From a virus (Duplodnaviria > Caudoviricetes): 64,000 nucleotides of DNA. The stretch lies in IMG/VR virus record IMGVR_UViG_3300032318_000186, positions 660 to 64,659 of that record. The stretch is one strand, 5' to 3'. Positions 19,049-29,120 of this stretch are shown piece after piece. The translations under genes were made by a program, and so were the position numbers. A model generated the notes under the pieces. It saw nothing but the letters and a program-made list of their open reading frames with translations. It was not told where the DNA came from and ran no database searches. Every line of letters begins with the position of its first letter. Positions within the stretch are counted from its first letter, which is position 1.

Positions 19049-21018
19049 GATTTTTTACCCATTAATCTGTCAAGTTCAAGTGCGGCTAGACCGCTACCTT
19101 TTTTCTCTTCAATCTTACCGCCCTTTTTCTTAGCCATACCATACATAGCTGCGCCGGTTAAACCAAGACCTGATAGTTGAGATAGTTGGTTTGGAGCCGC
19201 TTGATATTGCTGAGTAGTAGCTTGTTGTAATGGAAGACCACGCAACATAGCATTCATCATACCCAACTGCATAAACGGATATTGCTGAGCCGTAGCATAA
19301 TCTTGAATGGCTTGGTTAATTTTCTGTTGCTCTTGTTGTTGCATTGCGGCGCCCATTTGAGACTGAGTACCAATAATGCCTTGTTGCGCTTGTTGCTCAG
19401 CAGTACCTAATTGACCTAAAGTACCAGCCGCTTGATTAGCTAAGCCGTAACCTTGTAAACCGTATTGTCCAGCACCTAATGCGCCTTGAACACCTTGTAA
19501 GCCTACACCAGCACCTTGCATACCAGCTTGAGCACCTTGAATACCTTGCGCCGTACCTTGAAGACCTAATTGACCAGCACCAAGCTGTTGACCAATTCCA
19601 GACAAACCAGTGTTGTAGCCTGCCAATGCTCCAGACACACCTTGCATACCAGTTTGTGCGCCTTGCATACCCGCCTGATAGCCTTGTAAACCTTGTGCTG
19701 AACCTGACAACGCACCTTGTAAACCTGACAAACCAACTCCAGCACCTTGCATACCTTGACCATACAACGAACCAGCACCTTGAACACCTTGAAGCCCAGC
19801 TTGCTGTCCTTGCATAGCAGTACCAATACCTGATAAACCAACTCCAGCACCTTGCATACCCATGCCTGTACCTTGATAGCCAGCTTGTAAACCTTGTAAA
19901 TTTAAATTAGCGCCAAACTGTTGTTGTTTTTGAGCGTCTTCAAAAGCTTTTTGTGCTCCAGTAGCTTCAATACCTTGCAATTGAGAATTTAAATTACGTT
20001 GTGCTTCTGCACGTTCAATAGCTTGACGGCTACCACCAAAAGCGCCAGCGCCAACAGCTTGTTTAGCCCGCATTGGTTCAGCAATTTGATAGTCACGTAA
20101 TGCGGATTGCTTTTGATAGTCAACCACATTTTGCATATAAGGCGACATGTATGCTTGTGTAGCCATTGGATTTGTAGCTTGAGCAGCGTATTGAGCGCCA
20201 GCGCCATAACCTTGTTGAGCTTGTTGAGCAGCTTGGGAACCATAACCAGCACCCATTGCACCAAAACCTAAACCACCCATACCAATATCAGCAGCGCCTT
20301 GACCATACGCTTGTGCTTGCGGAGCTAAACCAGCAGCAGCTTGCCCATATCCAGCACCTTGAGCACCGTAACCTAAACCTTGTTGAGCTGCCATATCTGC
20401 GGCAGATAAACCTAATTGAGCGGCGCCTTGACCATAGCCTGCGCCTTGAGCGCCATATCCTAATGCCTGTTGACCTGTTCGAACTGCGCCCATCCCTAAA
20501 CGTTGAGCTTGCATCTGCGCCATTTGGGCAGCATTTTGTGCATTTTGTGCGCCTTGCGCACCGTATGTTTGGCCTACATCCCCATAAGTTTGCCCAGCAG
20601 CACCATATCCAAGAGCTTGATTACCAAGCATACCTGCTTGACTTGCAGAACTTAAACCGCCCATACCTGCCATACCAGCTAATCCAGAACCAGCACCAAA
20701 CTGACCAGGTATTTGCATGTTATATGCTTGTTGTTGAGCAGACGTTTGTAATGGTGAAAATCCTGCTACATAATCATTTGGATCCGAACTATATGCTTGG
20801 TACGGACGGAAAGAAGTCATGTCATCGTTATAAATCTGCGTTTGAGCAGACTGCAACATGTTTTCTACGTAAGGACGTGCATATTCAGGAACGTTAGAGG
20901 AATATGAAGTTGTAGTAGTTGGGCCGGGAGAACCACCACCGCTAGATCCGCCAAATGGGGTGCGTTTACCGTGGACGTCGTATCCGTGGTGTTTATTTAA
21001 ATGTCTTAATATACTCAT
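19045..21018 (-). CDS. Gly/Gln/Ala-rich putative DNA-transfer (ejection) protein
   Basis: Low-complexity GLQG/GMQG repeats; position. Confidence 0.6.
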   Translation of the reverse strand: MSILRHLNKHHGYDVHGKRTPFGGSSGGGSPGPTTTTSYSSNVPEYARPYVENMLQSAQTQIYNDDMTSFRPYQAYSSDPNDYVAGFSPLQTSAQQQAYNMQIPGQFGAGSGLAGMAGMGGLSSASQAGMLGNQALGYGAAGQTYGDVGQTYGAQGAQNAQNAAQMAQMQAQRLGMGAVRTGQQALGYGAQGAGYGQGAAQLGLSAADMAAQQGLGYGAQGAGYGQAAAGLAPQAQAYGQGAADIGMGGLGFGAMGAGYGSQAAQQAQQGYGAGAQYAAQATNPMATQAYMSPYMQNVVDYQKQSALRDYQIAEPMRAKQAVGAGAFGGSRQAIERAEAQRNLNSQLQGIEATGAQKAFEDAQKQQQFGANLNLQGLQAGYQGTGMGMQGAGVGLSGIGTAMQGQQAGLQGVQGAGSLYGQGMQGAGVGLSGLQGALSGSAQGLQGYQAGMQGAQTGMQGVSGALAGYNTGLSGIGQQLGAGQLGLQGTAQGIQGAQAGMQGAGVGLQGVQGALGAGQYGLQGYGLANQAAGTLGQLGTAEQQAQQGIIGTQSQMGAAMQQQEQQKINQAIQDYATAQQYPFMQLGMMNAMLRGLPLQQATTQQYQAAPNQLSQLSGLGLTGAAMYGMAKKKGGKIEEKKGSGLAALELDRLMGKKS

Positions 21019-21428
21019 ATCTTAGCCTCTACAATCCTGTAGCGTTCTTTAAACCCATATCTAGTCCACAAACGTGCAATAGATTCTCTAGCGGCACCTT
21101 GAATCTTGGTAGCGCCATATCCTTTTAACAAAGCAGTAAACTGCTCGTATGTATCTTTACTACTAATTAACTTACCACCAATAGCAACAACAAAAGCAAC
21201 TCTATCGTTAGGCATATTATTAAAATTAACTGCTGTTGCACCATGTATTTTATTTTCTTCGTCTACTGCAACTAAAAGTAACCAATCACCTCTAGCTAAA
21301 TAAGTTTTAGCTTGCTCAACTGTATAGTCATCTTCACCCCATTTTAACGCATCTGTTAAAAAATGTTCTACCAAAGGCCAAGTCTGGTGAAAATAATTAG
21401 CGCTTACAGATTTAATAGTTAAATTCAA
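21015..21428 (-). CDS. Putative GNAT-fold acetyltransferase-like protein
   Basis: Size, helix/strand pattern and location beside ejection genes. Confidence 0.5.
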   Translation of the reverse strand: MNLTIKSVSANYFHQTWPLVEHFLTDALKWGEDDYTVEQAKTYLARGDWLLLVAVDEENKIHGATAVNFNNMPNDRVAFVVAIGGKLISSKDTYEQFTALLKGYGATKIQGAARESIARLWTRYGFKERYRIVEAKI

Positions 21429-21956
21429 TTATCCTCCAGGCTGATCGTAAGTATACGTAGGTGAAGGAGGAGCATTTGCAGCTTCTTCTGCAAGTCTTTT
21501 TGCTTCTGCTTCAGCTGCTTGACGCTGTTGTAAAACTACGCTTGGGGCCACTCTATTTAAATTAGAAGTAATTCCTGACATATTTGGTCTGTAATTTAAT
21601 GCTTGGCTTTGGTATGTAGGCATTTGCCGTCCTTGTTGCATAGGGCCTTGATAAAACTGATCCATTGGATTTTGTTGTTGGGATATAGGAGCAAACTGAC
21701 TAGCCATGCTTTGATAAAGCGCTTCTAACCCCATATTCTGTAGGTTTTGTTGTGGAGTTTGTTGCATTGGAGATTGTTGCATTGAAGATTGTTGCATTGA
21801 AGATTGTTGCATTGGAGCGTAAGTAGGAGTGTAACGATTTGCGGTTGGACTAACTGTTTTATACCCATAAGCCGGCATTCCGCTTTGAGCTTGGTTATTT
21901 GTTGCCCCTGCTTTACTTATTGCCGCCCCTAACATTCCTCCGCCACCCCCGCTCAT
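21429..21956 (-). CDS. Gln/Met-rich low-complexity protein with MQQSS repeats
   Basis: 15-bp tandem repeats at about 21766-21813. Confidence 0.65.
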   Translation of the reverse strand: MSGGGGGMLGAAISKAGATNNQAQSGMPAYGYKTVSPTANRYTPTYAPMQQSSMQQSSMQQSPMQQTPQQNLQNMGLEALYQSMASQFAPISQQQNPMDQFYQGPMQQGRQMPTYQSQALNYRPNMSGITSNLNRVAPSVVLQQRQAAEAEAKRLAEEAANAPPSPTYTYDQPGG

Positions 21957-23377
21957 ACTGGTAAGTCCTTAGCTGCTTTAGAGTTAACTGCAAATTTACC
22001 TTTTCCCATAGATTTCTTACGTTTAGCTTGTACTCGTTCCATCATGGCATAAAGACGTTTAGCTCCTGCATCTGTAGAGCCATTACCTAACTCGGACACA
22101 ATGCGAGCGGGTACTACAAACTCACCATCAGCAAGGCGTGCAGGTTGATGACCACCTATAGTAGCAGGAATATTATCTGATACACCATCACCGGGACCTT
22201 TAAGTAAACGACCGCCATCTGAATAACTACCTAAATCTGCAATACCACCAGCACCCATCATAACTCCACCTTTAGCCGCATAGGTTGGATACTGAGCACG
22301 ATAATATGGGTTTGGACGAATTGGTTCTTGAGCACGGAAGTTAGGAGAAATACGTTTTAAATAGTCTCCATCATCAGAAGTATCGTCTACAGGCAATCCT
22401 GTTTGTTGGGGATTCATAGCAGCTAAAATACCTGCGCCCGCTGTTGTATACCCAGCTTTTTCCAATGGGGTTTGTTTAGACCACCAGCTAGAATTAGGGT
22501 CTGCTTTTGCTGCAGCTACAGCATCTGCCTGTTGCTTAAGGATTTTATCCCCAGCGTTCATTGGAGTATTGGGTGTTCCAGGACCAGTAAGGCTAGGTTC
22601 AAGTTGCATACCAGGGGTAGTTAAGCTTTGTCCAGGTAATGCGCTATTAACATAATTAGCCGTTGGAGTCAAAGTACTTGTAGGTACATTAGGGCCAGGC
22701 ACAGCTTGAGGTCCAGTTAAACCAGAGTAGCCACCAACAGGTACTTTAGGAAGAGGCCCACTAGGAGCGCCAGGCCCAGGAGCGCCAGGAGTACCAGCAC
22801 CCATCAACGGGTCAATAGGGGCACCAGTAGATGGGTTAAGAGATATTGGAGTAGTTCCGACTGTAGTAGCTTGACTTAATGCAAGATTAGGGTCAACGGG
22901 AGCGGCGCCAGCACTAATACCAAAATCACCACCAGAACCTGTACCTCCAGCAATTGCAGTTTCTCCGCCGCCTAGGCTACTAAGTCCACCACCAATACCA
23001 CCAGCCACACCGCCCATAAGAGCTGCTTTACCCACGTCACCGCCTTGAATAGCTGCGCTACCACCCGAAATAAGAGCGCCAGCACCAGCACCAGCAAGGA
23101 TACCAGCAGAGGTAGCCCCCATACCAGCACTCATTAGCATAGGTGCCGCTGCACCCGCCGTAAAGTAAGTAGCAGCCGCCATAGCCACAATAGGCAAGAC
23201 CTGCTCTAGAAAACCAGCTTCATATAATCCTGTTTCTGGGTTACGAGTTAAACTACCACCATGTGCTTTAGCTAAGGCTTGAAGACCGCCAACCTCACGG
23301 GGGGTCATATGCACTAGGACGGAGTCTTTACCCCGACCTCTATTTTCTAAGTTTTTTGCTATGTGGTGTAGGCTCAT
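21953..23377 (-). CDS. Putative ejection protein
   Basis: N-terminal VHMTPREV/RNPETGLYEA, a Gly/Ala hydrophobic segment, C-terminal GPGDGVSD...RLADGEFVV. Confidence 0.6.
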   Translation of the reverse strand: MSLHHIAKNLENRGRGKDSVLVHMTPREVGGLQALAKAHGGSLTRNPETGLYEAGFLEQVLPIVAMAAATYFTAGAAAPMLMSAGMGATSAGILAGAGAGALISGGSAAIQGGDVGKAALMGGVAGGIGGGLSSLGGGETAIAGGTGSGGDFGISAGAAPVDPNLALSQATTVGTTPISLNPSTGAPIDPLMGAGTPGAPGPGAPSGPLPKVPVGGYSGLTGPQAVPGPNVPTSTLTPTANYVNSALPGQSLTTPGMQLEPSLTGPGTPNTPMNAGDKILKQQADAVAAAKADPNSSWWSKQTPLEKAGYTTAGAGILAAMNPQQTGLPVDDTSDDGDYLKRISPNFRAQEPIRPNPYYRAQYPTYAAKGGVMMGAGGIADLGSYSDGGRLLKGPGDGVSDNIPATIGGHQPARLADGEFVVPARIVSELGNGSTDAGAKRLYAMMERVQAKRKKSMGKGKFAVNSKAAKDLPV

Positions 23378-23416
23378 ACGTGCCCCTTAAGGGATAGATT
23401 GGTTGATTTTATCATA

Positions 23417-23716
23417 CTAGACAGTTGTTCCGTCGGCTTTTTTCCATACAGTACCGTTCCACCAAATAGGTCTGTCCAAAGTAGTGTCGTAATAATATTG
23501 CCCTATGGGTAATGGCGCTTGTACAGTACTTACAGGTCTTTCTGCAGTAGTTCCATAAAGAGGAATAGTGGCTGCTTGGGTAAAGTTATCTATCTGGTTA
23601 AAGTACAGACGAAGCACGTTGGAATACTGGTCAAAGTAATTGGTGTTATACCCTTCTCGTGGAGCATTAGGTAAGTTAGGCGCTTTTGGCGCACGTAGTG
23701 GAGCGTTATATGCCAT
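23417..23716 (-). CDS. Small tail-associated protein
   Basis: GQYYYDTTLDRPIWWNG motif. Confidence 0.6.
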   Translation of the reverse strand: MAYNAPLRAPKAPNLPNAPREGYNTNYFDQYSNVLRLYFNQIDNFTQAATIPLYGTTAERPVSTVQAPLPIGQYYYDTTLDRPIWWNGTVWKKADGTTV

Positions 23717-25950
23717 TATCTACGTCCGTCTGGTCTTATATCAATACGTGCATAGCCCATTTGCCAAGCAACCCCTAACCCAGTAGACTCAATCCTATAT
23801 GCCATCTGCCTACCTCTAATGCGGGTGTATACCTGCCCAGTAAATTGTTGCACTGCATAGGTACGTTGTGCTGTATAGTTTTGCGCACTTGGTACTCTTG
23901 GGCTATTAGGCGCTCCATAAGCTGTTCCTGAGTTAACCCTTGGAAGCACGGTCATCGTTACTTCTGGCAAGTTTGCATTAGATCCGTTAAAAGTTAAGTC
24001 TGGTAGTATGCGCCACACAAACCCAAAATTATGCCCGTCGCCAATGTCAAAGTCAGACGATTGAATGTATGCAGTAATAGGTACTGGGGTTAATCCTGAT
24101 ACGTCATCGTTACCGTTTTCATGGTAGAGAATTCTATAGTTAACAGTGTCGGCACCCATTGGATATGTACGTAAACCAGAATCTAACCAAGCAGTGCGGC
24201 TCATAGTTCCGTAAGCCCAAACATCATCTAAATAGTCGTAAATAACATAGCGGTCAATAACATTACTGTCAGCAGAACAGTAGAACCACCAAATCTCGTT
24301 ATATCCTTCGATAGACCCAGCAAATACTTGGAAATTTTGGTCTTGGTTAATATCTTGGTAAACGTATTGACGCAATGAACACGGCAAAGTTTCTACACGA
24401 CCAGTATAGCGATAGAATTTATCCGTACCCATCCAATAGGTTACGTTATTAACCGTGATAGACGCATTAGGCCCCATAATAGAAATGTTGTCTTGTAACA
24501 ACTGGAAACCCCAAATGTAAGGAGGTCCAAGGTACTGCATAGAGTAAAGCGCCGCATCAGACCAAACCAAGATTTCCTGACGGGTTGAACGAGCACAAAC
24601 AATAAATGAACCAATATTAAGACGATATTCACCGGATTGGTTTGTTGCAGCTGGCACCCATTCGTAAGGATTTTCTTGGTCAGACCAACGCACTAACAGC
24701 GGATCAAAAGCAGTATTAGCATCTGTAGGGTCGTAAGGATTTGCACCAAAAGCAATAACAAAACGTTGAATTGCCGAGCCAATAATTTGATTTGTGCTGT
24801 TAGGTACAAATTGCCCTGAATATCCCGCCGCTGTTGACTCTGCAGATAAAAGTTGCGCTCTAGTTGCAAGCCCGCCTACAGCGCCGCTTGGGTATGTTTG
24901 ACCTGCTGGTATCCAGTAATAAATTTCACCGCCACGAGGAGCAAGAACTAAGTCTTGTCCAAAATTGTCATTAGTCCATAGGCGTAACTGCTGCCCAATA
25001 CCAATAGTAGCCGCTGCGCCCCAACCACGAACTGGAGCTACCGGAGTATTAATAATTACAGTGCCGCCAGAAGCTGCGGTAGAAGTTGTTGTATAGGTAT
25101 TAGAGCCTATAACTGTAGATATTGTAAATGTATTAGCCCCAGTACTAGTTATTGGAAACGCCTTTTGTAATACCAGTCGGTTTATACCGCAAGCATCTGC
25201 AGAAATACTAGAAAAATACACATAGTCACCCGTTGTTAAGCCGTGCGCTGTTTTAGTAACGGTAAGAACAGAAACTCCAGCACTAGCGGCTGTAAACGGG
25301 TTAGTAAGGGTTGTATCAACATAAGAAGGCCAAGTACCTGCGCCCCATCCAGTACCCGCAATCTCAACGTCCAAACCGGTGTTAATCTGAAATGCCGCAG
25401 TAATAGCAGTACCACCGCCAGCAGCCACGGTAGATGTAGCAGAAGTTGTTGTGGTAAACGTAAATTGAGTGGTGGATACGTATGTTATCTGCTGTTCAGC
25501 ATTTAATTCTGCGGCGGGAATACCGCCAACTGCAGTAGCCCCAGAAATAGTAACGAAATCATTATTAATCCCGCCGTAGCTAGCAAGCGTTACAGTAACA
25601 AGATTAGAGCCGCTTGTCGTAGAAAACATGTTGTCAGTGCTAGGGCTTGTAATACTAGTATAAGTAGCTCTAAGAGGGGTTACGTCGTTATATTCCCCGC
25701 CCTGCTCAATATAGTATTTAAGGTTAGTGCCAACACCTAGTAAATTGGAACCATTTAACGTGCCCCAGTTCCAAAGCGCTCGGCATACGCCTTGGTAGAA
25801 ATCATTAGATAGACGGGTCCAACCACCTATTTTTTCAGCATTGCCAGAACGAAAACGAATCTTGTCGCAGTCAAACCAACCCCCTTCATTGGTGTAGTTT
25901 GTACCTTCTTTGTTTATACCCGGCTTAAAAATTAGTTTTTGTATTGGCAT
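23716..25950 (-). CDS. Tail nozzle/stabilisation protein (P22 gp10-like beta-propeller with inserted Thr-rich domains)
   Basis: IRFRSG.AEKIGGW, VRWSDQE, EIWWFY, YDY...W.YG; 744 aa. Confidence 0.7.
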   Translation of the reverse strand: MPIQKLIFKPGINKEGTNYTNEGGWFDCDKIRFRSGNAEKIGGWTRLSNDFYQGVCRALWNWGTLNGSNLLGVGTNLKYYIEQGGEYNDVTPLRATYTSITSPSTDNMFSTTSGSNLVTVTLASYGGINNDFVTISGATAVGGIPAAELNAEQQITYVSTTQFTFTTTTSATSTVAAGGGTAITAAFQINTGLDVEIAGTGWGAGTWPSYVDTTLTNPFTAASAGVSVLTVTKTAHGLTTGDYVYFSSISADACGINRLVLQKAFPITSTGANTFTISTVIGSNTYTTTSTAASGGTVIINTPVAPVRGWGAAATIGIGQQLRLWTNDNFGQDLVLAPRGGEIYYWIPAGQTYPSGAVGGLATRAQLLSAESTAAGYSGQFVPNSTNQIIGSAIQRFVIAFGANPYDPTDANTAFDPLLVRWSDQENPYEWVPAATNQSGEYRLNIGSFIVCARSTRQEILVWSDAALYSMQYLGPPYIWGFQLLQDNISIMGPNASITVNNVTYWMGTDKFYRYTGRVETLPCSLRQYVYQDINQDQNFQVFAGSIEGYNEIWWFYCSADSNVIDRYVIYDYLDDVWAYGTMSRTAWLDSGLRTYPMGADTVNYRILYHENGNDDVSGLTPVPITAYIQSSDFDIGDGHNFGFVWRILPDLTFNGSNANLPEVTMTVLPRVNSGTAYGAPNSPRVPSAQNYTAQRTYAVQQFTGQVYTRIRGRQMAYRIESTGLGVAWQMGYARIDIRPDGRR

Positions 25951-25953
25951 AAG

Positions 25954-26544
25954 TTATCCTAGTGCTGCAAGGGCTTTAGTTGTTTTTTGCAGTCTGTCAT
26001 CTAAACCATGGGTTCCGCCGTTAATGCGTTTAGTTAGCATACCGTGTTCTTGTTGGTCAGCAAGCTCATTTAACCCTTTTTTGTTCCAAAACCACCCTGC
26101 ACTTAGAGCCGCATATTTAGGATTAAGTAACCTAGCAGGATCACCGATAAAATCCACACCCAAACTAGATCCGCATCGCTCATAATTTTCACGTCCTGTT
26201 AATTGTATCAAACCCCTACCGTGGAAGTTCCACCCATCATTTTCTTGGGTATTCCCAAGGCGTCCAGCATAAACTTTATTAGCAATCATTTCTGGGTGGT
26301 AAGCATACTTTTTAGCAGTCTCTAAATCAGGAAACCGACTAGGCCAAACACGCATTAATGCCTGGGTGCTGTAGTTAAGGTTTTCTTCAAGCTGAGTAAA
26401 ATTACCCGATTCATGAGCACACTGACCGATAAACGCTGCTTGACGCTTAGGCGTATTAATTTCATACTTATTAAAAGTAGCCAGCAAAGGCTCCTCCCAT
26501 TTTGGGTCAATGCCAAGAGCTTGAAGTGCGTTACTTAGACTCAT
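25954..26544 (-). CDS. Glycoside hydrolase family 19 endolysin
   Basis: FIGQCAHES, FHGRGLIQLTGRENY, SAGWFW, TKRINGG. Confidence 0.9.
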   Translation of the reverse strand: MSLSNALQALGIDPKWEEPLLATFNKYEINTPKRQAAFIGQCAHESGNFTQLEENLNYSTQALMRVWPSRFPDLETAKKYAYHPEMIANKVYAGRLGNTQENDGWNFHGRGLIQLTGRENYERCGSSLGVDFIGDPARLLNPKYAALSAGWFWNKKGLNELADQQEHGMLTKRINGGTHGLDDRLQKTTKALAALG

Positions 26545-26755
26545 TGTCGTCGTGCCCTAATTTAATGCCCGTAATTAAACCAATAAAACCGCCAATAATA
26601 GTTTGGAAAGCGGGGGTAATAGCCTCAAATATTTTGTCGTTGTTTATATTGGTGTCAAAAAGACCAATAAGCATTGCGCCTACCATGCCGACAACTACGA
26701 TACATAAAGTAATTGTGACCGCCATAGTTACCCAACTTCCCAATTCTTGTTTCAT
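26531..26755 (-). CDS. Two-TM holin-like membrane protein
   Basis: Two hydrophobic helices; adjacent to the endolysin. Confidence 0.55.
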   Translation of the reverse strand: MKQELGSWVTMAVTITLCIVVVGMVGAMLIGLFDTNINNDKIFEAITPAFQTIIGGFIGLITGIKLGHDDNESK

Positions 26756-27156
26756 TCTTTAGCCTTTGTGCGCATATCAATAATTTTTTCAAGAGTGCGC
26801 CCGCCAAAGTAAAAACTCATAATAAGCATGCCCCATTGACCTAGAAGTTCAACATAAGCTTTATTAGTATCTATATCAAAAGCACTCATCATGGCAAAGG
26901 TAAAATACCCAGTTAAAATTGCAATTAGAGTCATTGGGCGAATGTTTTTAGATAACCATGAATCAGAAAGCATGTCGGCTTGTTGGCGTTTTGTAAGCTC
27001 TTGCTGTTCTACAACATCTGCTTGGATGTCCGCAAGTTTGCCTTCTTGTGCTAGTTTAGCTAAGTCCAGCTGTGCTTTAGCTTTTGCCTCTGGGTCAGGA
27101 ATTAGCTTATCTACTAGCTTCATTCCTACCGATACGATGTCATCTATCCCAAACAT
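26752..27156 (-). CDS. Holin, GTA 3TM-like
   Basis: DKLIPDP.AKAKA, WLSKNIRP, FYFGGR. Confidence 0.75.
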   Translation of the reverse strand: MFGIDDIVSVGMKLVDKLIPDPEAKAKAQLDLAKLAQEGKLADIQADVVEQQELTKRQQADMLSDSWLSKNIRPMTLIAILTGYFTFAMMSAFDIDTNKAYVELLGQWGMLIMSFYFGGRTLEKIIDMRTKAKE

Positions 27157-27362
27157 TATTTAGCCTTTTTTGCAGCTGGTTTGCGTGTAGTGGCTTTCTT
27201 TACAGTCGGTTTCTTTTTAGCAGGTCTATCCACACCAAAAAAATCTTTATCTTCCTTAGAAGCAGGGAAAGGCCATGCCGTTTGTATATTAACTTTGCCG
27301 ACTTCCATATCAATTTTTGGCATATAGCCAAGTTTGTCAAACATCCAAGTAATAATAAACAT
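27156..27362 (-). CDS. Small protein with histone-like Lys-rich tail
   Basis: PAKKKPTVKKATTRKPAAKKAK. Confidence 0.6.
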   Translation of the reverse strand: MFIITWMFDKLGYMPKIDMEVGKVNIQTAWPFPASKEDKDFFGVDRPAKKKPTVKKATTRKPAAKKAK

Positions 27363-27371
27363 AAGTTTTCC

Positions 27372-29108
27372 TTAAGTCTTGATAATAAAGTTAATACCAA
27401 GGTATGGTGAAATTGTTGTTGCTGCAGTGCCAGAACCTGTTGCATCAGTTGCGGTAATACCTGTTGTTGCAGTTGCTGTGCTTGCTGAACTTGCAGTATC
27501 CCCTAGAGAAACGCCGCTATTACTCATACCGCCACCAGAACCAGCAGTTCCACCGTTATATTGCTCTACGTGAGCATGCCCCGGATCCGTAATAGAGTGG
27601 GTATGTGACGGCAAATTAGCAGTAATTAAGGTTGTGGTTGCAGAACCGCCTGTGGTTCCAACAGTAGTGCCGTAAGGCATACGGTTTGTGTAATTTGGTA
27701 AATTAAATGTAGTTGAACCATCTCCTACACCAAAGGTTGTACCAATTATTGCAAAAAGAGCAGAATATGTAGACCGACTAACCGCAGCTCCAGCACATAA
27801 TAGCCAACCAGTAGGGGCAGTACCAGTACCCCACATCATAATTCCACCTGTAGGAGCGCCGTTAGTTAGTACAAAAGCTGTTGTAGCTACAGTTGTATTG
27901 TTTGTACCTGCAGCTTGTGTTGTTGCTGTTACGTTACTTGCAATCGTTCCCCCTGATACTACATTGGTAGCATTGGTAGCATTGGTAGCAGCGCCAGCAG
28001 TAAGAGATGTGGCAGTTCCACTTAAACCTGTGCCCGGACCAGAAAATTGAGTTGATGCCGTAATTGTTGTGCCAGATACTGTACCAACAGTAATATTTGG
28101 AGTGCCCGTTAAACCGCCAGCAGTACCCGTTGTATTTTGGTTTAGTGTTGGGAAAGTGCAGTTAGTAAGTGTTCCAGAAGTAGGCGTTCCTAATATTGGA
28201 GTTACTAAAGTTGGGCTTGTGCTTAATACAACGTTGCCCGTGCCGGTTGAAGTTGTTACCCCCGTTCCGCCTGACAGAACTGGAAGAGCTGCAGTAAAAG
28301 AAGCGGAAGCCGCTGATAAAGCGCCTGTAAACGTACCAGTAGTACCCCTAACACTTGCGGCTGTAGTAGCACCAAGAGTTGTGCCATTAATAGTCCCGCC
28401 AGTAATAGCTACGTTATTGGCATTTTGGGTAGCCATCGTGCCTAAACCTAAAGCCGTTGTAGCAGCTTGCACAAAAGCAGTTGTAGCTAACTGAGTAGTG
28501 TTAGTACCGGCTGTTGCAGTGGGCGCTAATGGAGCGCCAGTAAGAGTTGGAGAAGCGGACAATACCATGCTACCTGTACCTGTTACAGAGTTAGATAAAG
28601 CCACTCCGCCATAAGTTAAAGCGCTAGACATCGTTGTAGCGCCGGTAAGGGTGGTAGTGCCCGTTACAGTAAGGTTGCCATTGATTGTTTGGTTGCCTAC
28701 CGTGTTTACTTCGGCAGAATAAAAGTTGGTGCCGTCGCAATAAACAGACGCAGTTACGCCATTAGGGATAGTTACACCCAAACCACTAGAGCCAATAATT
28801 TGTATGCCAAAACCACCAGTAGTGCTATTTTTAACAATATAAGTTTTTTCAACTAGCGGAGCAACAACGTTGCGCACTGCAGTATTTGTGCCAGTAACTA
28901 CTAAAACTTGGTTTCTAGCTTCATCCGTTACACCGTTAAAGTTAGACAGGGTGTAAGTAGCGTTAACCATAGTAATGGTAACAACCCCCGATATAGCTTG
29001 TTCTATTAACGACCCTAAGTTATTGTTAGTGGTTTGCCCCCAGATACCAGATTGGTCTCCGTCCCCGATAAGTTCAATCCGAAGTGATGGTGAATAAGTA
29101 GATGCCAT
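27372..29108 (-). CDS. Tail fibre with C-terminal tail-collar domain
   Basis: GWLLCAGAAVSRSTYSALFAIIGTTFG.GDGSTTFNLP; Thr/Gly-rich shaft. Confidence 0.85.
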   Translation of the reverse strand: MASTYSPSLRIELIGDGDQSGIWGQTTNNNLGSLIEQAISGVVTITMVNATYTLSNFNGVTDEARNQVLVVTGTNTAVRNVVAPLVEKTYIVKNSTTGGFGIQIIGSSGLGVTIPNGVTASVYCDGTNFYSAEVNTVGNQTINGNLTVTGTTTLTGATTMSSALTYGGVALSNSVTGTGSMVLSASPTLTGAPLAPTATAGTNTTQLATTAFVQAATTALGLGTMATQNANNVAITGGTINGTTLGATTAASVRGTTGTFTGALSAASASFTAALPVLSGGTGVTTSTGTGNVVLSTSPTLVTPILGTPTSGTLTNCTFPTLNQNTTGTAGGLTGTPNITVGTVSGTTITASTQFSGPGTGLSGTATSLTAGAATNATNATNVVSGGTIASNVTATTQAAGTNNTTVATTAFVLTNGAPTGGIMMWGTGTAPTGWLLCAGAAVSRSTYSALFAIIGTTFGVGDGSTTFNLPNYTNRMPYGTTVGTTGGSATTTLITANLPSHTHSITDPGHAHVEQYNGGTAGSGGGMSNSGVSLGDTASSASTATATTGITATDATGSGTAATTISPYLGINFIIKT

Positions 29109-29120
29109 ATTAGTCTTTCA

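Noticed and set aside
19479-20897. Long alternative-frame and antisense ORFs over the G/Q-rich gene (also 14811-15404, 7842-8318, 63594-63996)
   Set aside because: Shadows of biased codon usage in real genes; no RBS or motifs.
24264-24282. TACTGT-N7-ACAGTA in the tail gene
   Set aside because: Single copy, wrong spacer for both LexA and the phage palindrome, and explicable by the coding sequence.
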